Assembly (NCBI GenBank): GCA_051294375.1
Contig: CM119264.1
Coordinates: 30,938,146 to 31,002,145 of the forward strand
DNA from: Paraspadella gotoi
Taxonomy: Eukaryota; Animalia; Chaetognatha
Direction: 5' to 3'
DNA: 64,000 nt
Positions 1-14,300 of the stretch are shown here, piece by piece. The position numbers and the translations under genes are program-made. Positions within the stretch are counted from its first letter, which is position 1. Every line of letters begins with the position of its first letter. The notes beneath the pieces were generated by a model. That model saw nothing but the letters and a program-made list of their open reading frames with translations. It was not told where the DNA came from and searched no databases.

Positions 1-1177
1 TCCCTTAACATTCCATCCCTTAAACAAATTTAAATCCGTTCAAGATTTGAAATGAGATGACGAGGTTCCAGTTTTGAGATAAAAAATCAGACGAATGATA
101 AGAAACAGATGAATCATTGAGAATCAGACAATTTCTTTTAAAAAATTCCTTAAGGGTATTCCATATTTATTTATATTTATTTTTATCTTAAATCGTCTTT
201 TTAAATCTAATTCGCACACTGCAGTTAACTTCTCTGGCAAAAAATAATAATCTCAAGTGTAGTCTTAATTTTGCCGTCAGTAGCAAAAAATTTAAATTAA
301 ATTTTGAACCACCGGGAAAAATAATAAAGAGTGCTTGATTGAAAACTTATAGGGACCTGCGATGTTATTATAATAAATTGAATGCGTAATTTTCATATTG
401 TTGTACCAATTTCGTACTAAACTTGGATTTTAGAAACTAGGATTTTTTAAATTCAAGGACTGAAGATTCGACACTCGAATCATCGGCGTCAAAAACTCAA
501 AGAGGAAATTTTAAGACAAAAGATCGAATTTCTTATGTGACGTCAAACTCATTTGAATTTTGGCTTTTAAGGTTTTAGGGATAAATTTTCGATCCTAATT
601 GACTTTGACCGGAACCTGAGGATTTTGGACCGAGAATGACCCCGAGTGGACCTTATCGGACACTAATGAACCTAAGTAGACTTGAGCCGACCTTGAACAG
701 TGCGGCTATTCCTTTGTTTCGTAGTCAAAAAAAATAGTTGAAACTAAAGATTAAGGAAAAACAAATACTACAAGTTCTTTTCCAATTTTGTTTTTCGTTT
801 TATATTTTTTCTGTGATAAAATAATAAACCGAAAACGAGCGAATTATTTTCTTTCTTTTTTGTGAAAAGAGAAAAATATGATTTGAGATCGAAATTCATT
901 GCGGTTTTTTTCCTATTCTTCCTTTTTCCATTCGGGTCAATTTTCACACGAAGCGAAAAAAGATCACAACCCAATTTCTTCTTCCGTCGAGAGAAATTTT
1001 CTTAAGCCTTTTTTTTGGGGTGTTCACAATTATTATTATATTTTTGTTTTTCGTCATGAAAATAATTACGAGGCGTCTTGAAAATCTTTGTCTCTTTCAA
1101 ATACATTTTTTTCCTCAGTTAAAAATTTTCAATTAACAATTTATCGTCGCTATTGTTTCATATCCGCTTTGGCCTCG

Positions 1178-1213
<36 letters not shown>

Positions 1214-3203
1214 TCCGGACATTTAGATCCATAATTCAATCGAATTTCTAAGATCTTAAGATCGACGGCCAAGTTATAATTGATAAGCGTCGCCTTTGAA
1301 ACGAAACATGAATGAGTCAAACCGACACAACATTTTTTTTCGGGAACTTTATCTTCAAATTCGGTTTAATTTTAAGTGTTTTGGCTGATTCTTCTTCGAG
1401 TCTGTCCGTCTGTCCGTCTGCTCGTCAGTTCGTCGGTTCTAAGTGTCCGTCTCTCCGGTCCAGTAAGTTCCAAATCGACTTCCGATGGAAATGACAATAA
1501 CAGATCTCATTTTCAATTTACTCTAGTTTCATTGTTCCAAAGTAGATCACTACTCTCCACTCGCTCTCTCTGCTCTATCTCTCAACACTAAGTTTTCGTT
1601 TGACTGTTATTTATATTTTTTCCCCCCTTTTTATTATAAATACAGTAAATAAAAATGAAAAAACACAGAAAAATGGAAAAGAAAAAAAAAATAAAAGGAC
1701 GTAAATTGACTCAAAGAATCAAGAAAGTAAAACCGATTATTCTCGAGATTAAGTCAGGGAAAGACAGAAGAGCGAGTCAAAGAGAGAGAGAGTCGAAGAA
1801 CTTTAAACAAACGAGACTGGCGACAACTTTTTTTCTTCATTTTTTGCCCCAATTTCCTTTTTAAGGAAAAAAAAAGAAAACCCCGGGAGAGATCGAATTA
1901 AAAATAAAAAAAAGAAGAAAAAATATCTAAATCCGAAAAAAAAAATGCTGTAAAAACTGAGCTTATCTCTGGAGGTCTTAAACAGCACGAAGCTACGACC
2001 TCCCTGAAGTCTTTCGATTATACCACCACTCTATCTCCCCCCCCAATGCTCCTTATAGAAAGAGAGAGAGAGACACCGTGCCTTCTGGGCTGCGGGAGTT
2101 TCGCTCGTCCTTGAAAGAGGCCGTCGACTGGCGAGTCCCAAGGTCGCGTTGATCGTCAGGATGTTAAACCAGTTGGAAGAGACCATTTTTAAAAGACTAA
2201 GTTGTATCTATGTTAATTGTATTAATTTTAGTATTTCATCTCAGTATATTTAAATATTAATTCAAATTGCAGACAGCCGGAGAAAGCTTTTGTTTAAAAA
2301 CAATTATTTTAACGGATATATCGATTAAATCCCGATTAGGCGAGAACAAAGTCAGGATACGTTTGAGAGAACAAGTTATGTATATATCTTAGTTCAGATT
2401 ACAAGCAAACGAGAACAGTTTTTATTTAAATTCATTTTACAAGCTTGACACGAGATGAACAAACCGTCGTTTTAAAAACTATTTCAGGATTGTGGAATCG
2501 AGGTTGTAATTATTATCTCAAGACGTAAAAGGTTTTTTTAAATGTACTTCTAAATGGCTGAGCTATGTATAAAAGATTCCATTGGCGATTAAAAAAACTT
2601 TATTTCAATTGCAAGGCCATGAATTGTTTATTGTTGACTGTCACCTGGATTAATTAATAACGGGCGACGACGACGACGACAATAAGAACAAGTAGACAAC
2701 GAAATGGACAAAATAGTTACGATGATGCCGAAGAAGAAATGACGACGACGAGGATTTTGTAATCGGTCGGTTGTCTTTTCAGTCGTTATCGTCGTCGTCA
2801 TCGTCATCGTCTTTAAAAACAGTTTTTACGAGAGCAGACGATGTCGATTGTAAAGATGTTTTTAGTTTGTGATGGAACCGATGTGGATGGCAATGAATGG
2901 AAATAAGGCATGCACTCTTGATGTTAAATTTAAAAATTTTTTTAGGGCAAGAGTCAGCGTGGAAATATAATTTCTAATAGAAAAACAACTTTTTTCTTTC
3001 ATAAAGTTAAAATAATTAATCATTGGGTTTTNNNNNNNNNNNNNNNNNNNNNNNNNTTGACTTTGTCGTGCGGTTTATTTTAATTCTTTTTTTTTTGTGT
3101 GTGAAATCTTTCGCTGATAGATTCGCAACTAAATTTTATTTCGTTGCTATTTTGTTGTTTCTCATTTTTTTCCAATCCCCCGCCTGCCCTCTATCGTCCG
3201 CAG

Positions 3204-5289
3204 CCTGAAAGCTTTGAAAACAAATGGGGAGAACGATTGGAAGAATCGAGTTTCTCCGCAGAGAAGTTTGAGTTCCTCGGAAGGCGGAGCCAGTGATTCG
3301 CTGAGAAACGTGAGTTTTTTTTTGGGAGGGGGGGGAAGAATGAGATAGGAGAGAGGGAGGAAGAGGATAGGTGGAGGAAGAAGAGAGAAAAAAGATGAGA
3401 AAAGGAAACAAAGAAAAGTTAACTAAATAAATAAAATGAATAAAAATATAAGGAAAGGAAGTGAAATAAAAATCGAGGGAAAACAATAATGGAAGGAGAC
3501 CTTAATATAACAAAAAGATGAAAGGTAAGGGTTAACTTACCTCGGATTCCGTTTTTCCTTCTTCCAGTCTCCCGGCGGAAGTCCAGCGCCTTCAGGCGGT
3601 CGACGACCCGTTTCACTCGCGGATCGACTCAACCTCCTTCAAGAGGCACAGACTGGTGAGGGGTGGAGATGATGATGATGATGATGATGGTCACGATGAT
3701 GATGATGATGATGATGGTCACGATGATGATAGTGCGTGATGATTATGACATAGCGATCATGATGACTTTAGGATAACTATGATGGCATGATAATAATAAG
3801 GCGACATATCGATGAAACTGACTTTCAAACGTTGATTTAACACTTTAATCTATAACACAGTTCTTATGAATTTGATGTTGGAAAAGATTTTATGTATTTT
3901 ATCAGAGATCAAAATTAATTTCTTCTAAACTCACTTTTACCTCTGCCCTCCCTCGTACCTTTCACACTTCACATTCCCTTTCCCACCCACCCCCCCCTCT
4001 TTCTCACAGGCTGGAAATCCCGCGTCACGGAATCCGACGCCAAAGAATTCACAGTCGCAGGAAAACTGGAAAGAGCGGGAATCCAGGTGTCGCCCTTATC
4101 GCAGAGGAAACGCGCCATCGGAAGAGCATCGATGCGGCGTCAGGTGTGAAAGAGAATTGGGAGAGAAAGATGGGACGATTTCGGGCAATAGTTGTGAGGA
4201 TGTTAGGACGCATTAGAAAATGCCATTGGGAGAGCATCGATGCGGCGTCAGGTTAGGTGGAGGAGTTGCAAAAAGAGTTTGGGGCAGGGTAGCTCATATT
4301 AGAGTATTCATGTGTTGGAGGGATGTTGCAATGCATTAAAGAAATGGGGCTAGGTGTCGGTATTGATGCATTATGGCGATGTCTTGATTTAAGGTGTGAT
4401 ACGTTCATGCGATTTGTTGGATGTTGTGATACATTTTATTATATTTTATTATTACACATTACTTGACCGTATTTAAAATGATGCTCCGTAACATTTTCAA
4501 AGCGGATTATTTATATGGTTGAAAAGAGGTTGTTTAATTTTGTTACCGTTTGTCTGGTAAATGAGAACTTAAACTAAACGGTTAGATCTTATTCATTCAA
4601 TCAGATATTTTATTTCATATAAAACTGTTAAAATTAACTCGCTTCGTAACATAAAAACTTTGTTTTAAAAGGCGACAGAGAACCATTAAGTTTTGTTTTC
4701 AAATATTATTTCCCCATAATATTATCGGGTTTTAATTCCGTTTTAGAAAACCTGTCCAGAGGGATCCCTTTCCGCTATCCTAGTAAGAATCCATTCTCGC
4801 CAAATTCTGACCCCTTTAATGTTCTTTGTCCCTTTCAATGTCCTTTGTCCTTTTCATTGTTTTTTTTGCCCCTTGGTGATTCGAACCCCAAAAAATATTT
4901 GTGTGATTCTTTTTAAGTGAGAGGGGAAAAAATGAAAGACTTAGTTTTATTTTTTTCTTTCCACAAAAATTCCTCGGTGTTTGGTTTCTTAATAACTTTT
5001 GTCCCCCAGTTTGCAAAAAAAAATCAAAACAAAACAAGCGTACAATATTTATATTTTTTCATCAGTTGACTGTTTTTTGTATAAAATAAAATAATAATAA
5101 ATGTCTTTTGTTTTTTTTTTCTTTCAGCATCAAGGGATGACCGACAGCAGCGGCACCGACGACGGAGACAAAGAAAACGACACCAAAGATGAAACAAAAG
5201 ATCTCGGGTTCGAATCTCGGCCGAGATCATCGACTGAAGGGCAATTGGGAGCGAGAGAGAGAGACGAGGAGGAATTCTCCCTCTCTGAC

Positions 5290-5355
<66 letters not shown>

Positions 5356-8300
5356 GAACTCGTTCTCTATACTTTTCTTTCATTCATTCATTCTTTGATT
5401 GATTCAGTCATAGTTTAGTTCTTTCAATTATTCTTTCAATTATTCATCCATTCAGGGATTAATTCATTTAGTTATCTGTTGCTTCATTCATTCAATCATT
5501 TATTCATTCAGTGTCTAATTAATTTATTCATTCATTTATTTTATCATGGTCATCAACCATTTTTGCATTTATTCATTTAACAATGTACTCATTCATTTAT
5601 TCACTAATTCTCGCAACAGAAAAAGAGCGTAGCGAAGGAGGTGCCACGTCTTGCGAAGAGAATTTGCTGGAGACGCCGAAGAGAGTGACAGAGAAGTCAC
5701 AGAGCGTGACAGAGACGAAAAAAGGCGTGGCTCTTTTGAAGACGGACGACGACGATTTTCAGGTGCCAAATCAAATCAAAATCTTTAAATAAATAATTAT
5801 GATACTAATGTTAATATTAACAATATTATGATATTAATTAATATTAATATCTCCGCCTCCTTCCTCCTTTGATATTAATAATCGATGTTCTTTTGTCTCC
5901 TTCAGGCCTTTTTTCGATCCACGTCATCGATCACAGTCAAAACTAAAGATGGCGTCGGAGATCGAGTCGACGACGAAGCCTTCGATGTCATCGGAGAGAA
6001 AACGAAGACGAACATGTGAGAGATTTCACTGGGGGGGGGGAGAGAGAGAGAAAGATCTGTCATTCCTTTCTTTGTGATCGTTCATTCCTTCTTTGGGCTG
6101 TTCATTTGTTCTTTGGGTCGTTCATTTGTTCGTTAATCGCAGACAATTGATTCATTCATTTATTCATTCATTTTCTTCTCCTCCCCTCCCAAACAGCCTT
6201 TCCTCAGCCCGCAAGGCACGCCCCACCCGCACCAAAGCCCCTTCCTCTCGCAACCCTCTGAAGACTCTGGCTCATCGCGTCGACCTCAAGACTGAGATAG
6301 TGGATGTCACTTCCGGATTGGCTGAAAAGGAACTGAAGAGAGTGAAGAGAGAGAATGCGGGTGAGAAAGAGAGAGAGAGATGATGTCATTTCCAGATTGG
6401 CTGAAAAGGAGCTGAAGAGAGTGAAGAGAGAGAATGCAGGCGAGAAAGAGAGAGAGAGAGACGTGATGTCATTTCCAGATTGGCTGAAAAGGAGCTGAAG
6501 AGAGTGAAGAGAGAGAATGCAGGAGAGAGAGAGAGAGAGACACAATGTCACTTCCGGATAGGCTGAAAAGGAGCTGAAGAGAGTGAAGAGAGAGAATGCT
6601 GGTGAGAGAGAGAGACGATGTCACTTCCGGATTGCTTGAAAAGAGAGGGAGACATAAAAAGAAAGTGTGAGAGAAAAATAATTGTCTCACTCCCATAAAT
6701 GCCCTCCAAACCCCCCTCCTCTGTTCCCCTCCCTCCCAAGGCAAAGACGCCTCCCTGGCCTCTGAAGCCCTGGCCGCTCTTTCGGCCAAAGAAGACTTTG
6801 CCGCGATTTCTCTTCGTAAAACCGACTTGAGGTCTCACCCAATGAGGGCAGGAGGAATGCAGCCGTACAACGAGGTCATGTTGATTCAGGTTAGTGACAT
6901 CTCACCTCCTTTTGTATCGACACCTCTCATCTCACTTCGAGAACTATCATCTTCTCATTTTATAACTTTGTGACTTTCCTGACTTCTCCATTTCCACTTT
7001 GTGACATATCATTTCCCCCATTAATGACATATCACTTGCCCTCCCCCTCCCAGGTCAAAGGTCGTCGTTTCGCGCAGGTCCGCGTGGTGGCGCCCGAAGC
7101 CTCTTCTCTCAACAGCGGAGATTGTTTTGTTCTAGTCACTTCCTTCGCAGGTGAATTATCCAACTTGGGCATTTCGCAATTTGATACTCTGCGATACAGC
7201 ATTTTATACTTCCATGGCTTAATTCATAAGATTCTCATATTCGGTCGGTGACAATGAATAGCGATATGTGAATATTGCTAATAATTGTTTTCGCTGTTTT
7301 TGTTAATCTATTCTTATCTTTATAAATTTTGAAACTTTATCATTTTCTACCAACTGTTGTGACTTAAACCAATAAAACTCACGTATAAAAATTGTATATA
7401 TCTTTCTGTATTGTGGAATTTCTCCCCCGTGGCATTTTTTCTCTCAGTATCTCGGCATTTCCTTCTCTCAGTTTCACTGCATTTCCGTCTCTCAGTATCA
7501 CGGCATTTCCGTCTTTCAGTATTACGGCATTTCCCCCCCTCTTTACAGTATTCCACTGGATCGGCTCCTTCTCCAACGTGATCGAGAGATCAAAGTCAGC
7601 CGACGTCGCGCAATCCATTTTGCAGAAAAAAGATTTGGGTCACAAAGGAGCGCCGCAGATCATTGTGATAGAAGAGGAGAAACAGGTGTCAGACTGTGAT
7701 GAGAGATGATGATAGTTGTGATAAAAGGAAGAAACGGGTATTATAGACAAAGGAAAGTGGTAATGATTATTATGATAGAGAAGAAACACGAAGGGAATGG
7801 GAAAAGTCATTTATAAAAGGTAAGTTAAACGAAATGTTTTGAAACTTCTGGTTACCATAAAATTATGCGAAGTAGCTTTTCAAAGTAATTCACTCATTCA
7901 ATGAATAAGCTATCTTGCCCTTGACTTTGAACAGGCTATGATGGTTTAAGGCCTCCATGACTCTTACAAGATAAAGACATAGCAGGTCCTTGCAAGCTTT
8001 CTATCAAGACTCTCACACAGTCTCGTTTATTCACTCCCATTTGACTTCCTTATCCGATTAGATATTTCACTTTATACGACTAGATATGTAATTCATTCTA
8101 AACATTTATTATCAGGGTTGGCGAGTCGTTCTCAATCTTAATCTTCCTCTTCCCTCTTTGCCCTCCCCTTTCCCACTCCCCCTTCCTCACTGCTCCTCCT
8201 CCCCTCTCCCCCTTCCTCTCTTTCCCTCTTCCCCTTCCCATCTCTTTGCCCTCCCCTTTCTTCCTTCCCTTTCTCCTCCTCTCTCTCCCCCTCCCATCCC

Positions 8301-11300
8301 TCCTCCCTCCCCTTAAAAACAGGACGCGATCTCCAGCAACAAATTCGTTTCGGATTTTTGGCGAATCCTCGGAGGTCGAGACGAACCCGAAGCTGCTGGT
8401 CCACCAGATGAGGACGAGTTCTTTGAAGCTTGCGTCTTGGATGGAAACAAAGTCTACGAAAGTGAGATTTGGGAAGAGAGAAGCTTGGGTCTGTGCTTGG
8501 CTTGGTATTTGAGCTTGGAACTTAAAGTGATTCTTTTATGTTTTATCGCGATTGTACCTTTGCCTGTATCTGGATTGATTCATTATTTCTTGTACTCTGA
8601 TTGTATCTGTGCTTGCATATGAGCTTGTAACTTGAGGCAATCTTCTGAATTTAAATTTTATCTTGATTGTATCTTTTCTTGTCTCTCAATTGTATTTTAA
8701 TTGCTTCACGCTCATGCAACTTGATTGTATCCTGATTGCATCCTGATTGTATCCTGATTGTATCCAAATTTTGTCCCCGTTTGTCTCTCGAATATTAAGA
8801 ATCTTCACCCCCTCTTACCTCATCCCCCTAGTAAACCCGGACGGCACGGTCTCCCCCCTCAAAGCCCTCTGGGGCAAAGTCCTCAGCCACGACCTGCTTC
8901 AGCCACACCGGTCCTTCGTCTTCGACTTTGGCGTCGAGCTCTACGTTTGGAACGGGAAGCAAGCATCCTCGAAGCAGCGGACGGCCGGGACGGCGCACCT
9001 CAAGCGGCTCGTCGAGGAGGGCTACGACTTTTCGGATCTGGAAGTGAATCCTCTTTGTCCGATGGACGAACCGATGGAACCGACGATGCCGATGAAGGGT
9101 CCTCGACCGGAGTGGACGGTCTATGGAAAATGCAACGAGAACATGGAGACGGTGTTGTTCAGGTTGGGAGAAGGCAGTGTTGGTAATGTGTTGTTTAAGA
9201 TGCGTGGTTTGTGGTGTTGTTTTTCGAAACTGAAGTGTTGTTACTGAGTGTTGTTGATGAGAACTGAGTATTTGGAGAGAGGGAGTTAGAGCGAATGAAT
9301 GAATGAATGAATGAATGAATGAATGAATGAATGAATGAATGATGGAATGAGAGAGGGAAATAAATAGAGAAATGAAAAAAACAAAAGGGACCGAAGTGAG
9401 TGGCCATTAAAAATAACTTAATAAGCTTTTCTTCTATTTCTTATTATGATTTCCATTCGATACCTTCGTTCTCTCTCCTTTCTCTCTTGTACCCCCTCGT
9501 TCGCCCTCTTACTTCCGTCGGCTGCTCCCTCTCCTTGCCTCTACTCATCGTCCCTCCCGCTTCCCTCCCGCTCCCTCTCTCGCCCTTTCTCTCCGCCCCG
9601 CTCCCTTCTTTTCTCTTCTCCCTTCTCTCATTCCTTTCTCTCTCCCTCCTCTCTCTCCCTTGCTCCCTCCTCGTTTCCTTCTCTTCCCCTTGCCTCACCC
9701 CTCCGCCTCTTTTTCCTCCTCGAAATCTCTCTCTCCCTCGTCTGCAGCCCTCTATCTCCACCTCGTTCTCCCCATCTTCCCTTCTCTCTTCTCTCTCCCC
9801 TCTTCACCTCCAACCACCACTGTTCTCTCCCTCTTCTCTCGTCCCTCTTCCTCTCTCCTCCTATCTCTCTCCCTCTCTCTCATCCTCTCCCTGCCCTCCA
9901 AGATCCAGTAACCTCCAGCTATTTGATCCCTCCTTTCCCTCATCCTGCTCTTCCCTCTCATTAATCTCCCACCACTCTCCTCTCAATCTCCACCCTCCCT
10001 CCACTCAACCACCCTTTTCCCGTCCCCCTACCATCTCTCACCTCTCTTGCCCCTCCCTCCCTACTTTCCTTTCTTTCCTCATCATTCGCGTCTCTCTTAC
10101 TCCCTTTCCGTAGCTTCTCCTCTCTCTCTCCTCTCCTCCCGTCGCTGTTTCCTCTCCCTCTCACACCCCGCCTCCTTTTCATAAAACTAAACTACTATCT
10201 CCCCCTCTCCCACAGAAGAAAGTTCAGCAAATGGCCGGGACGCGGAAACTGATCGCCTCAAAGGATCGCGACAAAGACTACGTCCTCGGATTCGAGCGCG
10301 CCGCGTACGGCGAAGCCCTTGAACCTCGTGGCTCATCTGAAGAGTGTGGAAGAGTAGTTGAAGTGGATGCCAATCTCATCTGGAAGGTGTGAGAGATGTT
10401 GGGGGCTGGAGTTGATTTATTTTAATCCATTTCTGCCTTCGGGAATTTCTACATTTATCAATTATTTACTTCAATGGTTTTGTAGCCGAACAATTCATTG
10501 ATCAATTTACTCATTCATTCATTAGTTTACTCATTCATTCATTAGTTTACTCATTTATTCATTAGTTTACTCATTCATTCATTAGTTTACTCATTCATTT
10601 GCTCTCTCGTTCGTTTTTAGTATCATTCATTTTTTAAAGTTTTTATTATTGTGTTCATCTCATCATAAATCTTTAGAGTCATTGATTCATTTTTGCTATT
10701 CATTCATTTATTTCTTCATTTATTCATTCATGTCTTGAATTGCTCTCATCCATTCATCTCAATCATTCATCTCATTCATTCATCTCATTCATCTCCCTCC
10801 TTCAGGTCAGTCAGTCGGTCGTGGACGCGAATGGGTCGATGATTCAGATGGAATCAAAAGGATTTTCGAGGTTCAGACTCTCGGGGTCAAAGGTCAGTCA
10901 ATTTTTTTTCTCTCTCTCTCTCTNNNNNNNNNNNNNNNNNNNNNNNNNNNNNNNNNNNNNNNNNNNNNNNNNNNNNNNNNNNNNNNNNNNNNNNNNNNNN
11001 NNNNNNNNNNNNNNNNNNNNNNNNNNNNNNNNNNNNNNNNNNNNNNNNNNNNNNNNNNNNNNNNNNNNNNNNNNNNNNNNNNNNNNNNNNNNNNNNNNNN
11101 NNNNNNNNNNNNNNNNNNNNNNNNNNNNNNNNNNNNNNNNNNNNNNNNNNNNNNNNNNNNNNNNNNNNNNNNNNNNNNNNNNNNNNNNNNNNNNNNNNNN
11201 NNNNNNNNNNNNNNNNNNNNNNNNNNNTTGATTGATTGATTGATTGATTTATATGAATATATTTACCTGAAGCTTACTGGGTTATAAATATAATAATATG

Positions 11301-14300
11301 ATTTTAATAATCTTAATAATTTTTATATTGGTTGTACCAATTTCATAATATTGTATTTAATCTCTCTTTTCGTTGCGAGTTTAACTAAAAAAAATTTTCT
11401 AATAATATAATAACATCGCAGGAAATGGACCAGTAGATGGATCTGTTAGACCAAATAGTTTGCCTCTCTTGGCTTTTCTGTCTTTTCTTCTGATTGACCA
11501 ATCAGAGAGCTTGGCTTTTCCGTCTTTTCTTCTGATTGACCAATCAGAGAGCTTGCCTCTCTTGGCTTATCCGTCTTTTCTTCTGATTGACCAATCAGAG
11601 TGGAGACTTCCCTCAGGAAACCGACTGCAGGTCTATCAGATCCATCTACTGGTCAATTTCCTGCGATGATAATAAATCTAATGACAAAAACAAGTCAATT
11701 GTACTTTTGATACTTAAATGTGAATCAACACTTAGTAAGAAATAATGTTTCTAATATGAAGCCTTCTGTATTCTTAAATATTTTTTTTAGATGTTTAANN
11801 NNNNNNNNAGGACTCCGCAGCTTGAAACAACACGGGGCCGGCGTCACGAGATCGGGAATCGGAAGGTAAGTTTAACTTTCCTTTCTTTCCGACGCTCTCT
11901 CTCTCTCTCTCTCTCTTCCTCTTCTCTCTCACTTCTCGTCTACGTCTCTGCACATCTCTCTCACTCTCTCTCACACTCTCTCTCTCTCTCTCTCTCTCTC
12001 TCACGACTCACTCGCCTTCTCTCGCGTCTCCAGAGAGAGGTGTGCCTACTTCTTCTGGCAAGGCGCGGAATCGTCCGTCAACGAGAAAGGCGCCTCCGCT
12101 TTGATGACGGTCGAATTGGACGAAGAGAGAGGACCGCAAGTCAGGGTCGTTCAGGTAAAGATCCGAAGGTTGTGGTGGACGTCTTGGTGGTTTAGAGTAA
12201 TGATTGAAGGATGGTTTGGGTGGTGAGGGTCGATGGTGGGTAGGGATGTTAACGGGGTGGTTTTGGTAAGGATCAATGGGTGGATTTGGTGGGGAGTTTA
12301 AACTCTTGCTATAATGATCTATTAACTAATATAGAAAAGGGAAATGGTAATGCATAATAAATCGGTCGATGAAGGATGAATCAATTGAAGAAATGTTTTA
12401 TCTGGAAACCAATTAATACTTAAAATGAATAAATGTCTTTCTTACATAAATTGCATCATCTTGTTTTATTTTTAACATCGATTGTCTTTAAAACAAACGA
12501 TCGTAGAGATAAACCAACGTGATGAAATGCATTTGTTTGCAATATGCCGCAAACATCTTTGCCGAACCGCGACGGATCTGCTCCGGCGCCAGGGATTCTT
12601 TTTTTGACGCCATGGTTCATATTGCCTCCGTCCCGACCTTCCTTTTCTCAGGGCAAAGAGTCGCCGGCCTTTTTAAATCTCTTTTCTCTTTTTAAATCTC
12701 TTTTCTCAGGGCAAAGAGTCGCCGGCCTTTTTAAATCTCTTTTCTCTTTTTAAATCTCTTTTCTCAGGGCAAAGAGTCGCCGGCCTTTTTAAATCTCTTT
12801 TCTCTTTTTAAATCTCTTTTCTCAGGGCAAAGAGTCGCCGGCCTTTTTAAATCTCTTTCGGGGCGGAATGGTCGTTTACGCTGGAAAGAGATGGAATGAC
12901 GATGATGATGATGATGACGACAGAACCTCACCCACGCAGCATCGACTCTTTTTTGTCAGGTGAGTTAGAAAATGGGTGAGTTTTGATGGAATGAGAATAC
13001 AAATCTTGTGGAGTTTTATGACAATATTCTTTTCTTTTCTTTTTTTCTTTTCTTATGAAATTGGTACAACCAATATAAAAATTATCCATTCATATTTATC
13101 CATTTATATTTCACTTCCTTCATCCCAATTTTGCTTTTTCCACCTTTTATAATTTCAATTTCCCCTCTCCTTATTTTACTTTTCAATTTTCCCTTTCCCT
13201 ATTTTTTCTCTTTTCCTTTTCCATTTCCCCTTTTCCTATTTTTTTCCTTTCTCCTTTCCTTATTTTACTTTTTCCACTTCCCTTTTCCCTATTTTCCTTT
13301 TTCCACTTCCCCTATTTTTCTTTTTTTCATTTTCCCTCTTTTTATTTTACATATTCCACTTCCCTATTTTCCTTTTTCCACTTTCCCTATTTTTTTTCCA
13401 TTTCCCCTTTCCTTATTTAACTTTTTCCACTTCCCTTTCTCCCCAATCCTCCCTCCCCCGCAGAGGCGACCTCCCCACGGAAGCCCACTTAGTCGAAGTG
13501 CCCCCGACGGCACGCAGCCTTCGGTCCCGCGGCTGTTGCGTTCTCGTCTCTGTCGCTGACAGCGCTGTCGTCGCGTGGCGAGGCTGCGCCGCTAGCGTCG
13601 AAGCCAAGCGGATAGCGGACGAAACGGCCGTGCGAATCGCCGAACAAAAGAGCAAGGAGATGGGATTCGGTGAGACATAGTGAATGAATGAATGAATGAA
13701 TGGAGTTTATGAATGAGCGGGTAAATGAATATGTCGGAGTGAATAAATTATTGAATAATTAAGCGAACGAGTTAATTATTAAATTTACGTATAAGGATTG
13801 AGTGAATGTTTAAGGATATTTAAAAGATTAAATGAAACATTCAGAGATGTCATTTTGCTCGCTTATTATTACGGCCTTTCGTTTCGTATTTTCGGTATAT
13901 AACCGAGTTAAATTGCGTCTAGACTGTATATATAATGTAATATATTCTGATACCCCCCCCCCCAAAGATCCGTCCATATCATCGGTTTCTGTCACCTCCA
14001 TCGACGAAGGAAAAGAACCGGCGTCATTTTGGTCAAAACTCGAAGCCGAATCGAATCGAGCGGCGCCGGAATCTCGTAGCGGCGCCGGGTTCCGTCAGGC
14101 GGCGTCCTCGCCTGATCTAAGATCATATCATTCGTTGTTGGGAACGAAGGAAAAGTTTAATTTCACTCCGAGGTAAAGGGTTCTCTTTTGTTTTTCCTTT
14201 TTTTTTTCCAGAGAGATGTCGCTGAGTTAAATAATCTCCAAAGTGAATTTATTTGCTTATTATGCCCCTATAAGCTATTTTAAATTGAGTTTTTAGTACC

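Noticed and set aside
9400-10182. Several 60-240 aa Ser/Leu/Pro- or Arg/Glu-rich ORFs
   Set aside because: This is a CT-rich low-complexity intron of supervillin that lacks stops by composition.
10924-11227. ORFs running through X residues (also at 30.2-30.5 kb and 52.3-52.6 kb)
   Set aside because: These are assembly gaps.
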